A stretch of 64,000 nt of DNA from Opitutales bacterium (GCA_050331815.1 JBHJGM010000004.1:138494-202493); one strand, 5' to 3'. Counted from the first letter of the stretch, positions 10,380 through 22,060 are shown. Program-made: numbers and translations. The notes: generated by a model not told the origin, from the letters alone.

Positions 10380-10703
10380 TCAGGCGTCGGTGCGGGTGGC
10401 CGGCTGCTTTTCGGCGGACTCCGCGCGGGGCGTTGCGGTGCTCTCAGGGGCCGGTTGTGCGAGCTCGGCCTTGCGGCGATTTTCTTCCGCAGCAGCCCGC
10501 TCGGCCTCATTCAGACCGTCGCGGATGTTTTCCTCAACCTCGCTGGAGGCCTTTTTAAACTCCTTGATCGACTTGGCTACGCCGCGCGCCAGCTCAGGTA
10601 GCTTCTTGGGACCAAAAATCAGCAGGACCACCGCGAGGATGATCACCACCTCCCAAATGCCGGGCGTCCACATGGCCAGGGTCGTAAAGGCTTCGTATGC
10701 CAT
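10380..10703 (-). CDS. tatA: Twin-arginine translocase TatA/E subunit
   Basis: GIWEVVIILAVVLLIFGPKKLPELARGVAKSIKEFKK. Confidence 0.93.
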   Translation of the reverse strand: MAYEAFTTLAMWTPGIWEVVIILAVVLLIFGPKKLPELARGVAKSIKEFKKASSEVEENIRDGLNEAERAAAEENRRKAELAQPAPESTATPRAESAEKQPATRTDA

Positions 10704-10981
10704 GATTTGCACAATAGATGCGAAATCGACGGAAGTAAAGGCGCTCCTGCGCAGCCCTCATGCAGGCATTTTGCGCAACTCCCGCTTTTTGGATGCCTCC
10801 GATCCCTCCCGTTCAAAGCGTCTCAGCTTAGCGGCCTTCTGTTTCATAATGCCGTCTCAGCATTCTGAAGGATTCACCCCACCGATAAGCGGTTGCGAGG
10901 CTCAACCTGCTTCCGCGTAAAGTCCTGTTCTCCTGTCTAATTTCTCTGTGCCCTCTATATCCTCCCGTTCAAATTCAAGCT

Positions 10982-11410
10982 TCATTCGGGGAGGCGTTCG
11001 CCGGGTTCGGGCAGAGGGGCCGAGCCGGGGATGTAGACCGGATGGCCCGGGCGGGGACGGCCTTGTTCCACGCTCAGGCCCAGCGAGGTGCCGCGGCGCA
11101 GCCCCGCCGGCAGCAGCACCGCGCTCATTTGCCCGCGAAAGTCGACCGCCACCAGCGAGCCGTTGATCGCCAGTGAGGCCGAATCGAGCACAACCACCGC
11201 TTGCCTATTTTCCGGCCCCACCCAGACGATTTCGCCGACGCGCACCGAGGCGCGAGGTTTGAACGGGTCGAAGGCGTTTGCCTCCGGTGATGAGGGAGCT
11301 TCAGCAGGCGCGTCGCTGCGGCAGGCAGTCAGACTGGCGCTGACTACTGCCACAAAGAAAACGACAGCCCGTTGCCGGACTGCCGTGAAAAGTTTTCGGG
11401 ACGCACGCAC
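10982..11410 (-). CDS. Hypothetical lipoprotein
   Basis: Lipobox-like SLTAC after a hydrophobic stretch; co-oriented downstream of rpoD; start uncertain. Confidence 0.6.
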   Translation of the reverse strand: MRASRKLFTAVRQRAVVFFVAVVSASLTACRSDAPAEAPSSPEANAFDPFKPRASVRVGEIVWVGPENRQAVVVLDSASLAINGSLVAVDFRGQMSAVLLPAGLRRGTSLGLSVEQGRPRPGHPVYIPGSAPLPEPGERLPE

Positions 11411-11481
11411 GCCTTCGAGGCCAGGTCAGCGAGATTGCTGGCAGCCAGATGCACACACCGCCAGCATTGCTTGCCCGGTCC

Positions 11482-13221
11482 TTATTCGCCGTTGCGCTTG
11501 AAGTTTTCGAAGCCCGGGCCGCTGGTGTCGTACTCGCCTTCGAAGAAACCATGCAACTGGCGGATGCGGGTGGGGTGGCGCATTTTGCGCAGGGCCTTAG
11601 CCTCAATTTGGCGGATACGTTCGCGGGTGACGTTGAACATGCGGCCGACCTCTTCAAGCGTGCGACTGTAGCCATCCTGCAGGCCAAAGCGGAAGGAGAG
11701 CACCCGGCGCTCGCGCTCGGTCAGCGAGTCGAGCACGTCCATGATCTTTTCGCGCAGAAGGCTGTAGGCGGTCATGTCGTAGGGATTTTCCGCGCCCTTG
11801 TCTTCGATGAAGTCGCCAAAGTTTGTGTCGTCGCTGTCGCCCACCGGGCTTTGCAGCGAGATGGGCTGCTGAGCCATTTTCATGATGGCCTGCACACGCT
11901 CGACGGGCATCTGCATCTCCTCGGCGACTTCCTCGGGGGTCGGCTCGTGCCCGAGCTCTTGCAGGAGCATCTTTTGCACCTGCATGACCTTGTTGAGGGT
12001 TTCGATCATGTGCACAGGAATGCGGATGGTGCGCGCCTGGTCGGCGATCGAGCGGGTGATGGCCTGGCGGATCCACCAGGTCGCGTATGTGGAAAACTTG
12101 TAGCCGCGGCGGTACTCGAATTTCTCAACCGCCTTCATCAAGCCCATGTTGCCCTCTTGAATCAGGTCGAGGAACGAGAGGCCGCGGTTGGTGTACTTTT
12201 TGGCAATGGAGATCACCAGACGCAAGTTGGACTCGACCATCTCGGTCTTGGCGCGGTGGGCAGCGCGCACGCTCTTGCGCGTCTCGCGGATGAGTTCGAG
12301 CAGTTCGCGCGGGTCCATGCGGTAACGCAGGGCGTAGGCGTCGAGCTCCTTCTGGATGGCTTCCGGATTGAGGCGGCGGCGGGTGGTGCCCACGCGCTTG
12401 AGCAGCTCCTGATTGTCGACCAGGCGCTCAATTTTGCGAAACTCCGGCGAGAGTGCGTCGAGAAACTCCTCGAACACCTTCAGCTTGAAGCAGAACTTTT
12501 TGTAGATCGGCTTGAGCTGGGCCTCGTACTTTTTGAAGCGCGTGGTGGAGCGCTTGCGGTTGGTCTCATTGGAGGCGTTGCCGATATCGCTCCAGGCTTT
12601 TTCGAGGCGCTGCTCGATTTTTTCAGCGGCTTCCAGGTGCTTGGGCAGGTTCTTGAAAAAGTTTTCCCGGCTATCGACTTTTTTATCGAGCACAACCCGG
12701 TCAAAGCGCTCCTCGCGATTGATCAGCTTGCGCGCCAGTTCGATTTGAAAGGCGTTGGTGATGCCAACGGAAAAGAGCGTGTCCAAAGCCGCCTGTTCGG
12801 CTTTTTCGATGCGCTTGGAGATGGCCACCTCCTGCTCGCGCGTGAGCAACGGCACCTGGCCCATCTGCTTCAGATACATGCGTACCGGGTCGTCCAGAAT
12901 GTCGGCCTGGGCGGTGCGGGCCTGCTGCTCCTCGTTTTCTTCGAGCCGGGCCTTGTAGTTGGCCACTTCTTCAGCGTCGAGGATGTCGATCTCGAGGTTT
13001 TCGAGAATGTTGACGATGTTCTCGATCTCCTCGGGGTGATTGACGCTTTCGGGCAGCTCCTTGTTGATGTCCTGCACCGTCAAGTAACCCTGCTCCTTGG
13101 CGAGGCGGATCAGGTGACGAATCTTATCGTTGAGCTTACCCTGGCCGACGGCGTCAGCACTTTCGGCCTTGGCGGCGACTTTGGGTTGGGCGGCGGGTTT
13201 GGTTGCCTGTTTTACAGCCAT
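11482..13221 (-). CDS. rpoD: Primary sigma factor RpoD
   Basis: Region 1.1, [47 protein letters not shown]...[13 protein letters not shown]. Confidence 0.98.
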   Translation of the reverse strand: MAVKQATKPAAQPKVAAKAESADAVGQGKLNDKIRHLIRLAKEQGYLTVQDINKELPESVNHPEEIENIVNILENLEIDILDAEEVANYKARLEENEEQQARTAQADILDDPVRMYLKQMGQVPLLTREQEVAISKRIEKAEQAALDTLFSVGITNAFQIELARKLINREERFDRVVLDKKVDSRENFFKNLPKHLEAAEKIEQRLEKAWSDIGNASNETNRKRSTTRFKKYEAQLKPIYKKFCFKLKVFEEFLDALSPEFRKIERLVDNQELLKRVGTTRRRLNPEAIQKELDAYALRYRMDPRELLELIRETRKSVRAAHRAKTEMVESNLRLVISIAKKYTNRGLSFLDLIQEGNMGLMKAVEKFEYRRGYKFSTYATWWIRQAITRSIADQARTIRIPVHMIETLNKVMQVQKMLLQELGHEPTPEEVAEEMQMPVERVQAIMKMAQQPISLQSPVGDSDDTNFGDFIEDKGAENPYDMTAYSLLREKIMDVLDSLTERERRVLSFRFGLQDGYSRTLEEVGRMFNVTRERIRQIEAKALRKMRHPTRIRQLHGFFEGEYDTSGPGFENFKRNGE

Positions 13222-13238
13222 ATGAGTGGAAGGGACGA

Positions 13239-15107
13239 TCAGGTTGAAATCAGGTCGGATGACGGGGAGATTTGGGGAAATTCGCTGGCCAGAGAACGCA
13301 GACGTCGGCGCTCGCCGTACAGGCTGGCTAGTTGCTCGGGTTGGACCTCAGGGGTATTTACGATGAGACCCTCCACGCGGCGACGCTCATTATCGAGGGC
13401 GTGCGTGTACAGTCGGCGCAAACAGCGGTTGGCCGCGTCAACAGGGTCTTCGATTTGGAGCTCAAGGGACAAAAGACGATAAAGTAGTTGTTTAGGTTTG
13501 GATTCCTCCATCGAATTGGCGAGAGACTCCTGTCCATTCCACTGATTGTTGCGCATCAATGAGAGTGCCGATAACCAGAGGGCGGCTTCGGGTGAGTCTT
13601 CTGTAAGCCAATCAGGATCAAGGACCTCCGCGATGAATGGGACAAGGTGGTCGTGCCGTATGCACAGGAATAAAAGTTCGGACGCAGCGGTTGTCAACTT
13701 CCCGCCGGAAAAACCCTGAGTTTTGGGCCGATTTTCATTGACAGTACCCCGGGAAACCTTCCCTTGCTGCCGTGACCATTCCTGCTCAGCGATGTGCTGC
13801 TCCACGCGCAGCAGCGCGGCGGCTTCGCTGAGGTTGGCCTGCGCCGCGAGAACGGAATCACATTCGCGAAGAACCTCGATAATGCGGCCCAGGGCCTCAC
13901 TTTTTTCGCGGGGAGAGGCGGCCAGCGGCTCGGGAAGCCATTCGCGCACGCAGACATCCATCGCCGAGAGCGAATTCTCCCGCAACGCTTCCACGGCTTC
14001 GGACCCCTTTTCCAGTAGCAGTGAATCCGGGTCGGCGCCCTCGGGCAGGGGGATGAAGCGCAGTTCCAGCCCGGCTTTGAAAGCGAGGGGCAGGGCGCGT
14101 ACGGCGGCGCGGCGGCCGGCAGCATCCCCATCCAGAAAAACGCGAACCTGCGGCGTGTAGCGGGCCATCAGGGCGAGTTGCTCGGCGGTAATCGCGGTGC
14201 CCTGCGGCGCCACCGCGGTTGCCAGTCCGTGCTCCCAGCAGCGGATCGCATCCAGTTGACCTTCCACCAGGAGAAAGTGCGCGCTGGCGTCCTTCACGTG
14301 GGTGCGCGCCCGCTCCAGGCCAAACAGCACGTGGCTTTTGCGAAAGAGCGGCGTCTCGGGCGAGTTGATATACTTGCCAGGCGGGTCGTCTTCGGGGGTG
14401 ACACCCTCCAACTGGCGCGCCGTGAAGGCGATCACGCGCCCCTGCACATCGCGGATGGGGATCATCAGTCGCCCCCGGAAGCGCGGGCGCAGGGTTCGCG
14501 GGTTCGAATCCCGGCCACGTGGCTCGTAAAAGAGGCCGCTCTCCTCGATGGCCGCCGGTGTGAATTCCGCGCGCAGCAGCCGCTCAACGAGCCTGCCGCC
14601 GTCGGGAGGCGCGAAGCCGATCGCATACTTTTTGGCCACCTCCAGATCGAAACGGCGGCGCTGTGTCCAGTATTCGCGGACTTGGTCGGCCGGCGCTTTT
14701 TCGGCCAGCAGGCACTCGTGAAAATATGCTGCCGCAGCTTCGTGAATGGCGAACAACTCCTTGCGCCGCGAGGCGCGCTGACCGGCGTTGGCCCCGCCGC
14801 CTTCCCCGGCCTCATACTCGAGGGGAATGTTGAAGCGCGCGCTGAGGGCCTCGACCGCTTCGTAAAAGCTCAGGTTTTCCTGCTTTTGCACGAAGTCGAA
14901 GAGATCGCCCCCCTGGCTTGTGCTGAAGCAGTAGTAAAAGCCCTTGTCCGGATGGACGTTGAAGGAGGGAGTCTTCTCGCTGGAAAAGGGTGAGAGGCCC
15001 AGCCAGCGGTTGCCCACGCGCTTCAGCTGCACATGCGCCGAGACCACGTCGACGATGTTCACCTGGGCGCGAATCGCTTCAATACTGCTTTGCTTGATGC
15101 GCGGCAT
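13239..15107 (-). CDS. dnaG: DNA primase
   Basis: N-terminal Zn-finger-like region (GLSPF..EKTPSF..YYCFS), [30 protein letters not shown] and LDGDAAG; directly upstream of rpoD. Confidence 0.97.
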   Translation of the reverse strand: MPRIKQSSIEAIRAQVNIVDVVSAHVQLKRVGNRWLGLSPFSSEKTPSFNVHPDKGFYYCFSTSQGGDLFDFVQKQENLSFYEAVEALSARFNIPLEYEAGEGGGANAGQRASRRKELFAIHEAAAAYFHECLLAEKAPADQVREYWTQRRRFDLEVAKKYAIGFAPPDGGRLVERLLRAEFTPAAIEESGLFYEPRGRDSNPRTLRPRFRGRLMIPIRDVQGRVIAFTARQLEGVTPEDDPPGKYINSPETPLFRKSHVLFGLERARTHVKDASAHFLLVEGQLDAIRCWEHGLATAVAPQGTAITAEQLALMARYTPQVRVFLDGDAAGRRAAVRALPLAFKAGLELRFIPLPEGADPDSLLLEKGSEAVEALRENSLSAMDVCVREWLPEPLAASPREKSEALGRIIEVLRECDSVLAAQANLSEAAALLRVEQHIAEQEWSRQQGKVSRGTVNENRPKTQGFSGGKLTTAASELLFLCIRHDHLVPFIAEVLDPDWLTEDSPEAALWLSALSLMRNNQWNGQESLANSMEESKPKQLLYRLLSLELQIEDPVDAANRCLRRLYTHALDNERRRVEGLIVNTPEVQPEQLASLYGERRRLRSLASEFPQISPSSDLIST

Positions 15108-15286
15108 GCTCCCCGAAAATCCTCCTGCGATACCAGTGGCCCAAACGCGTCGGGAGTTCCCTCAATCTCCCGTGCGTGCCCCGATTTGTGGCGCACAGCT
15201 TACCCGCCTGCGGGCTTACGGAAAGCGCAAAGGCCGATTGCGAATCGAATGTGAATAACCCGCACGCACAGCGGTAGCCACTGTAC

Positions 15287-15325
15287 AAAAAAGCGCCGCT
15301 TCCCCGTGCTAGAAAGAAGCGGCGC
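15287..15325 (-). terminator. Rho-independent terminator after the VWA gene
   Basis: GCGCCGCTTC/GAAGCGGCGC stem with A6 on the + strand (U-tract on -). Confidence 0.7.
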
Positions 15326-15371
15326 CGTCGAAGCTCGTCAGGCTCATTCTGGCGACGAACCACCTGAAAAA

Positions 15372-16706
15372 TCAGTTTGAGTCGATCGTTTGCTGGTTGC
15401 GCACCTGGTAGGATTCCGTGCGCAGGGATTTGCGCGCTTCCTTATCCATGCCGTCGGCGGCGACTGCTTCCGTCTGCGAACCGAACAGACTGTTAAAATC
15501 AGCCAGCGCCGCATCCTGGATTTCTTCGTTCAGCGTGGCATTTGCCTGCACACGCGCGCGCAGTAATTCGCTGGCATCGGCTGCGCGGCCCGCATCGAAC
15601 AACGCGATGGCGCGGTCCTGATCGTCCGCCGTTTCGTTGAAGGCTATCTGGCGCACGACCTCCGGATTGACCGAGGCGGCGATGGCGGCCATGTCGTCCG
15701 AAGCGCGCACGTGCGCCAACGTGGTCACCTGAATGCGGCGGCTGTCGTTGGCGAGCGAGTCGTAGGCGACGGAAACCTCGCCAACCATTGCCAGCGCCCC
15801 GGACGTATGCGCCGGCAACGCCACCTCAACCAGCGCGTACTTTTCCTGCTCGGCATACAGTTGGTTGATGTCGATGGAAACGCGGTTGCCGGCGATTTCG
15901 CCCTCGGAGAGATGCACCTGTATGGTGGCGTTGGTGCCGACGACATTCAACACATCGCCAATCTCGCTTTCGAAGATGCCGGCCAGTTCGGTGGGCTTGG
16001 AGGCAAAGTAGGCGTTACCCTGCCCGGCGGCGGAAAGGCGCGTCATCAAGTCCTCGTTGTAATCGATGCCCAGACCGATGGTGCTGACTGAGATAGCCTC
16101 GTCGGCCAGTTCACGACCCAGCCGTGCGAAGTCCGTTGGTTTGCTTGGGCCGGAGTTGGCCAGGCCATCCGAAAGCAGGATCATTCGGTCAAAGCGTTCA
16201 GCGGTGCGGTACTCAGCGCTCTGGGCGGCGGCCAGTTGCAGCCCGGCGTAAATGTTGGTATTGCCGCGCGATTGCAGGCGGGCGATGGCCTGGCTGGCCC
16301 GGGCGCGGTCGAGTAGCCCGCTGGGGTAGACGACGGTGGCCTCGTGGTCATAAGCCACGATAGTCAGCCGATCGTTGTGACTGAGACGCTCGATGGCTTC
16401 GAGGGCACCCTGGCGCGCGGCGGCGATTTTCTCACCGCCCATCGAGCCCGAGCGGTCGATCACCAGCGCGAGGTTGACGGGCGGGCGATCGCCGGCGCTC
16501 CCAAGTTTTTTAGGGTTCAGACCCACATTCAAGATAACGGTTTCCGGCTGAGCGGCTGGTATCAGCGCATAGTCAAAGTCGACGGTCACGTCGACGTCCT
16601 CGGGCAGCAGAGCCGCCTGACTGGAAGGGATGCTTTGCAGCGCGGCCAGCGAAAGGCAGATGCCGGCCAAGGCGCCGCGCACACAAAATGGCGCGGGTGT
16701 TTTCAT
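15372..16706 (-). CDS. Secreted von Willebrand factor A domain protein
   Basis: Signal peptide; MIDAS DRSGSM, GNTNI, LLSDGLAN. Confidence 0.9.
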   Translation of the reverse strand: MKTPAPFCVRGALAGICLSLAALQSIPSSQAALLPEDVDVTVDFDYALIPAAQPETVILNVGLNPKKLGSAGDRPPVNLALVIDRSGSMGGEKIAAARQGALEAIERLSHNDRLTIVAYDHEATVVYPSGLLDRARASQAIARLQSRGNTNIYAGLQLAAAQSAEYRTAERFDRMILLSDGLANSGPSKPTDFARLGRELADEAISVSTIGLGIDYNEDLMTRLSAAGQGNAYFASKPTELAGIFESEIGDVLNVVGTNATIQVHLSEGEIAGNRVSIDINQLYAEQEKYALVEVALPAHTSGALAMVGEVSVAYDSLANDSRRIQVTTLAHVRASDDMAAIAASVNPEVVRQIAFNETADDQDRAIALFDAGRAADASELLRARVQANATLNEEIQDAALADFNSLFGSQTEAVAADGMDKEARKSLRTESYQVRNQQTIDSN

Positions 16707-16822
16707 GGGTTGGTTGCCTCCGATGAGAAGGGTTTTTCGTTCAGGTGACGGCACCGACTGGCACCGCCTTTTGCCCATGAATACGCGCCGCCGCACGCTT
16801 TCTTAGAAAGCGTCTACGAAGC

Positions 16823-18508
16823 CTACGGCAGCAGGCGCTCGATGGCTTGCTCGGCTTCGCTGCGCTTGGGATGTCCGGGCCCGGCCTGCTCGAGAAACTG
16901 GTTGTAATAGTAGACTGCGCTGCGGGCGTCGTGCTCGATGTCGCGCACGGCGTTGGCCAGTAAAAAAGTCACCTCGGGGCTGTCCGGAAACTGCGCACTG
17001 GCAGCCTTGATCTGATCCAGCAGGCGTTTCTCCGGGTAGAGGCGGCGCGCGATTTCGAGCTGGTGGAGCTTGTAGGATACGTTGTTAGGTTCGAGCCGCT
17101 GCGACTCCAGCGCCATCATCTCGGCGGCGCGAAACTGCCCGTCGGCCAGGTAGCTCTGGCTCAGGCGGTGCCAGAGGATTGCGTCGTCGGGCTGCTCGGC
17201 GAGTGCGGAGCGGTAGAGTCGAATGGCCAGCGGAAAGTTGCCGTCGAGACGGGCCTCGGTGGCGCCTTCGACAAGGTTGTTGATCCGGACCGAGCGGACG
17301 GTGTCCGGGTCGGTGCGCACGTCGTAGATGACGGCCCCAACGGTAGCTTCGCCCGCGGGGGGCGGCAACAGGCTTTCGGGCGGCACCTCGGCGATCTGCG
17401 TGATAGCCACCCCGCCGCCGGAGCTGGCGTCGTCGGTTGCATCCGTGGCCACGACGACAGTTTCTGGCTCAACAGTCTGAATCGGCTCGGAGGTGTCGGC
17501 CTCCTTGTCATCGAGGGCGACGATGGCGGCGGCGGGCAAAACGGCTTCAATTTCAGAGGATCCGGTGGGGTTGTCGACGGGGGTGTTTGCGTTTTGGGCA
17601 ACGGCGGCGGCCGCGGCGGCCGCGGGATCCGCGGGTCCAGCTTCCGTGTCGGCGGTTGCTCCGTCGCCTGCGTTGGAGGCGGCCACGGCGACCGCTCCGG
17701 CCCCCGGGTCACGCCAGGCCGTGTAGGCGTCGGCCACGTCGGCATAGCGGCTGGACGGGTCGACCTGGAGGCCGTCGAGATTGGCCTGGCTCAGGAAAGC
17801 CTGGGAGGTGTCGTAGTCGCCCTCGATGGCGGCGATCAAGGCCAGTCCAGCCAGGGACTGCCGCGCCTGCGCGCCTTCCTTGGGCTCGGAAGCATCGTAG
17901 GCCTGTTTGTAGAGTTTCCTGGCCTGGAGGGTCTGCTCGTTTTCCAGATGCAGGCCCGCCAGGATCAAGCCATCGTTGACGTTGGTGGGGCCGGTCGGTC
18001 CGAGGGCCCGCTCAAAGGAAAAGAGCGCCGAAGCAACGTTCCCGCGGTCCAGCTGCACCTCGGAAAGCGTGCGCCAGGCCTGGCGGTCATTGGGCTGCAG
18101 TTGCAGGTAGCTTTCGTAGTTGCGCGAAGCGCCGGCGAGGTCGCCCGCCAGCAGGTAAGCCGAGGCAGCTTCCAGGCGCAGGCGCGCCGGGTCTTCCTGC
18201 AAACGCGCGGCGGCGGCAAACTGGTCTGCGGCCTTGCCCGCCTCGCCCATTTCGAGGAATATTTCTGCCAGACGTTCCCGCGGCCCCGGACGGTCGGAAA
18301 ACTGCTCAATGACGGGAGTAAGCTCGGCCACCGCCTCCTCATATTTACCTATGACGCGAAACTCTTCGGCTCGTTTCAGTGCTTGCGCCACGATGGCGTC
18401 GGCGTTGGCTGGATCCTCGGCGGGCGCTCCGCCGCCGCAGCCGGCAAGCCACAAAACTGTCAGCGCAAGCAGCGCCAGGCGTGCGTAAGTGCGATGCAAC
18501 TCCCTCAT
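16823..18508 (-). CDS. TPR-repeat lipoprotein
   Basis: LAGC lipobox; N- and C-terminal TPR blocks separated by an Ala/Asp/Pro-rich linker. Confidence 0.85.
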   Translation of the reverse strand: MRELHRTYARLALLALTVLWLAGCGGGAPAEDPANADAIVAQALKRAEEFRVIGKYEEAVAELTPVIEQFSDRPGPRERLAEIFLEMGEAGKAADQFAAAARLQEDPARLRLEAASAYLLAGDLAGASRNYESYLQLQPNDRQAWRTLSEVQLDRGNVASALFSFERALGPTGPTNVNDGLILAGLHLENEQTLQARKLYKQAYDASEPKEGAQARQSLAGLALIAAIEGDYDTSQAFLSQANLDGLQVDPSSRYADVADAYTAWRDPGAGAVAVAASNAGDGATADTEAGPADPAAAAAAAVAQNANTPVDNPTGSSEIEAVLPAAAIVALDDKEADTSEPIQTVEPETVVVATDATDDASSGGGVAITQIAEVPPESLLPPPAGEATVGAVIYDVRTDPDTVRSVRINNLVEGATEARLDGNFPLAIRLYRSALAEQPDDAILWHRLSQSYLADGQFRAAEMMALESQRLEPNNVSYKLHQLEIARRLYPEKRLLDQIKAASAQFPDSPEVTFLLANAVRDIEHDARSAVYYYNQFLEQAGPGHPKRSEAEQAIERLLP

Positions 18509-18575
18509 GAATCAACTGTTATAAACGGTAGCGAGTCCGTTTTGCGAAGTAAAGCGGATAGCCAGATTGACTAGG

Positions 18576-19631
18576 ATGTTCCATCGATTTACGCGCACTG
18601 CCGGACTTTGTCTGAGCCTGCTGGCCACGCTGCCGGCGGGGCTCTGGGCGCAGTCCGACGATGCCACGGTTGGGCGTCCGCAAGTCCTCTGGGAGTATCC
18701 GCTGAGCGATTTTTCCCAGGACGATTACATCCGTGGCGTCGAGGAGTTGATCCAGCGCTACGAGGAAACCAGCGGCGAGTTGCTCGTGCCCGGAGATAAA
18801 GGCCGGGTCGGCCTGAAGGTGTACACGCATTCGGGCCTGGGCATGTCCACCTCCAAGGAACTCGTGCGGGCGGTGGCGGCGGCCATGCTGCGGCGCGGCT
18901 ATACGCGAGACGACATCTGGATCGTCGACGAAGGCGAGTTTCAGCTGCGTCAGTCCGGCTTTCTGCCGCCGCTGACCCAGGGAGGCTGGCGCTTCGAGGG
19001 GATGCCGGTCCTCGCGCTGGACACGCGCCAGTACTACGACGACCGCTGGTATTACGACAGCCCGCTGGCCTCGCGCGCGCCACGGTTGGCCCGGCGGCTC
19101 AGCGACGGCCGGCTGACCGAGCCCGACGACATGACCGACGAGGAACGCCGCAGCTACCTGCCGGTGCCGCTGTTGCTCGAAGTGGATTTTTGGATCAACC
19201 TGCCGGTCTTCCTAAACGCGCCCGCGTTAGGCGTCAGCGGCGCACTGGCCAACGCCACGGTTTGGAACGTCGACAACGCGCAGCGCTTTTTGTCTTCAAG
19301 CGCGACCGGACCGATCGCCGTGGCCGAGATGGCCGCCATCCCCGAACTCCAGGAGAGTTGGATTTTTTCCATCGCCAGTCTCGAGTACTACCAGTTTGCT
19401 GGCGGGCCCGTTTTTAACGCCAACTACTCCGGCACCGCGGATGCCCTCTGGCTTTCCTCCAACCCGGTCCTCATGGACTACCTCATGTACCTGCGGATCA
19501 ATCGTCACCGTGAAAACCGGGGTCTGCCGCTGATCCAGCCCGTGCCGCCAATGCTGGCCTACTGTCGCAGCCTGGGCATTGGTGACGAACGCCTCGACGA
19601 AACTAAGCGCATCCGCCTGGAGCGGCGCTAA
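18576..19631 (+). CDS. Exported DUF362-like protein
   Basis: Signal peptide; RVGLKV...T.KELVRAV and VDFWINLPV...GVSGAL.N pattern. Confidence 0.6.
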   Translation: MFHRFTRTAGLCLSLLATLPAGLWAQSDDATVGRPQVLWEYPLSDFSQDDYIRGVEELIQRYEETSGELLVPGDKGRVGLKVYTHSGLGMSTSKELVRAVAAAMLRRGYTRDDIWIVDEGEFQLRQSGFLPPLTQGGWRFEGMPVLALDTRQYYDDRWYYDSPLASRAPRLARRLSDGRLTEPDDMTDEERRSYLPVPLLLEVDFWINLPVFLNAPALGVSGALANATVWNVDNAQRFLSSSATGPIAVAEMAAIPELQESWIFSIASLEYYQFAGGPVFNANYSGTADALWLSSNPVLMDYLMYLRINRHRENRGLPLIQPVPPMLAYCRSLGIGDERLDETKRIRLERR

Positions 19632-19726
19632 TTAAGGACCGCGGTGCCGGCTTAAGCGGCTTGCCAGCGCACCCGTGGGCCGCTGTCTTCCGTTTGCAAC
19701 GCTGCGGATTCCTATTAAATGCGCCC

Positions 19727-21436
19727 TTAGGAAAGCTGCGCGCTGGAGCGGTCGCGCTCGACCAGCTTTTCGAGTTCCAGTTCGGCGTCCTGATAACCTT
19801 GCGCCGAAGCCCGCTCAAACCACGCAATCGCCTTTTCGCGGTCGGCTTCGATGCCTTCGCCGTGCAGGAGCATCAAGGCCAGGTTGTACTGCGCCACGGC
19901 CAAGCCCTGCTCCGCCGCCTTGCGGTACCAGGCAACGGCCTCAGCATCATTGCGGCGCACACCGTCGCCATTGTCGTACGCGAGGGCCACGCGATTTTGC
20001 GCGGTGGCGCGTCCCTGTCGTGCGGCCTTCAGGTACCAGTCGAAGGCGACTTGCAGGTCTTTTTCGACCACCCAGCCGTTGGCGTAAAAATCGGCGACGC
20101 TCTCCTGGGCGGAGGCGTGCGCACGCTCGGCGGCCTGGCGGTACCACTTCAGGGCGACTTTCAAGTCATCGGGCACGCCGTAGCCATTTTGGTACATCCA
20201 GCCGGTGTTATCCATCCCGATGACGTTGCCGGCTTCGGCAGCTTTGAGAAACCAGTGTGCGGCAGCTGCGTCGTTGGGGTCCACGCCCAGGCCGTTGAGA
20301 TAAAAAATGCCGACCTGATTCATGCAGGCACCGTGGCCCAGCGTTGCACCCTTGCGATACCAGTCGAGCGCCTGCTCAAGATTGACCGCCGGGCCCCGGC
20401 CTTTTTGGTAGGCGGCACCCACTTGAGCGATCGCGTCGACATCACCCGCCTCGGCGGCCTGCAGAAAATATTCAAAGGCACGGTCGGGCTCCGGTGGATC
20501 CAACTCTGTGTACAAAAGCGCCAGATTGTACTGGGCGGTGGACTCGCCTTGCTCCGCCGCCTGCTGATACCAATACAGGGCCTTTTCGGTATCCTTGGCC
20601 ACGCCCTGTCCTCGCTCGTAGGCATAGCCGAGGTTGTTCTGGGCGCGAGCGTGTCCGGACAACGCCGCCTTGCGGTACCAGTACACGGCCTTCTCGAAGT
20701 CCTGAGGGACACCCTCGCCACGTTCGTAGCGGTAGCCCACAGCGTTTTGGGCGCGGGCAATCCCAGCTTGAGCCGCCCTCAGGTAAAATTCGCTGGCCCG
20801 TGGCGGGTCCGCCTCGACACCTTTGCCGTTTTCGTAGGCCCAGCCCAAGTTGTACAGCGCCAGTGGCAGATTGTGCTCGGCAGCCTGACGAACGAGCGAG
20901 ACCCCGAGGACCGGGTCCGCGGCTGCGACTTCACCCTGCAGGTGCAGCAGCCCCAGGTTGTTGAAAGCGGTCGGCACGCCCGCTTCGACCGCTTTTTCGT
21001 ACCAGGTAACCGCTAGAGTGAGGTCTTGGGCCACGCCCGCGCCGTCGGCGTACAAGGATGCCAGGTAGGTTTGCGCCTGGGCATCGCCGGATTCGGAATG
21101 CGAGCGAAGCAGCGACGCATCCTGCCGGTTGAAGGCATCGGTCAGCCGGGCCTGGTGGTTCTCGCGAGGACTGGTCCGCTGGATAAATTCGGCCCATGGA
21201 TTGATCGCGGGATTGGCCTGGTTGGCGGGCCTGCGCGTGAGCAGGTGGTAGCTCAGGCCGATCGACGCCGCCAAAATGTACAGCGAAAGGAGCACCTTCC
21301 ACAGGTCCGCGCCTTTTTTGCGCGTTCGCCTGGAGGCAGTCTGGCGGGGCGTGTCTTCCGGAAGTGGGGGAGGTACCTCGAGCACGGTTGGATGCGGGCA
21401 ATGCGTGGCGACAAGGGGGTGAGGTTTGTCCGCCAC
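19727..21436 (-). CDS. Membrane-anchored Sel1-like repeat protein
   Basis: One TM helix followed by roughly a dozen AQxxLGxxYxxGxGVxxDxxxAxxWYxKAA repeats. Confidence 0.93.
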   Translation of the reverse strand: MADKPHPLVATHCPHPTVLEVPPPLPEDTPRQTASRRTRKKGADLWKVLLSLYILAASIGLSYHLLTRRPANQANPAINPWAEFIQRTSPRENHQARLTDAFNRQDASLLRSHSESGDAQAQTYLASLYADGAGVAQDLTLAVTWYEKAVEAGVPTAFNNLGLLHLQGEVAAADPVLGVSLVRQAAEHNLPLALYNLGWAYENGKGVEADPPRASEFYLRAAQAGIARAQNAVGYRYERGEGVPQDFEKAVYWYRKAALSGHARAQNNLGYAYERGQGVAKDTEKALYWYQQAAEQGESTAQYNLALLYTELDPPEPDRAFEYFLQAAEAGDVDAIAQVGAAYQKGRGPAVNLEQALDWYRKGATLGHGACMNQVGIFYLNGLGVDPNDAAAAHWFLKAAEAGNVIGMDNTGWMYQNGYGVPDDLKVALKWYRQAAERAHASAQESVADFYANGWVVEKDLQVAFDWYLKAARQGRATAQNRVALAYDNGDGVRRNDAEAVAWYRKAAEQGLAVAQYNLALMLLHGEGIEADREKAIAWFERASAQGYQDAELELEKLVERDRSSAQLS

Positions 21437-21619
21437 TTTAGGTTAGGTGCTGAAGAATTTAGCAATCTTCGTGCAAATTGCGAGCCTACAAATTGCCAGC
21501 GCAGTCACTACCAGGCATACCTTGGATGCCGCTGCGGCGCGCCTGTTTTTGAGCCCCAGCTAAAGAGTTTTAGAAATCGAGGTTGCCAACCACCGCCGAA
21601 GCCTTACCTGTTGGAGCTC

Positions 21620-21994
<375 letters not shown>

Positions 21995-22060
21995 GCACAG
22001 GCTTGAAAGAACTGGCCGCAAGCCAGCCGGTGGCCGTCCGATAGATTCAGAGGCTGCGGG

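Noticed and set aside
11449-13482. Long antisense ORFs (e.g. 677 aa opposite rpoD; also opposite GH30, MCP, kefC, the TPR gene, pheT and lutB)
   Set aside because: Shadow ORFs expected from high-GC codon bias; they show no recognisable motifs and fully overlap confident genes.
19727-21100. Periodic repeats that might suggest a CRISPR or DNA repeat array
   Set aside because: They are degenerate 36-aa Sel1 protein repeats; no identical DNA repeats with spacers and no cas genes were seen.
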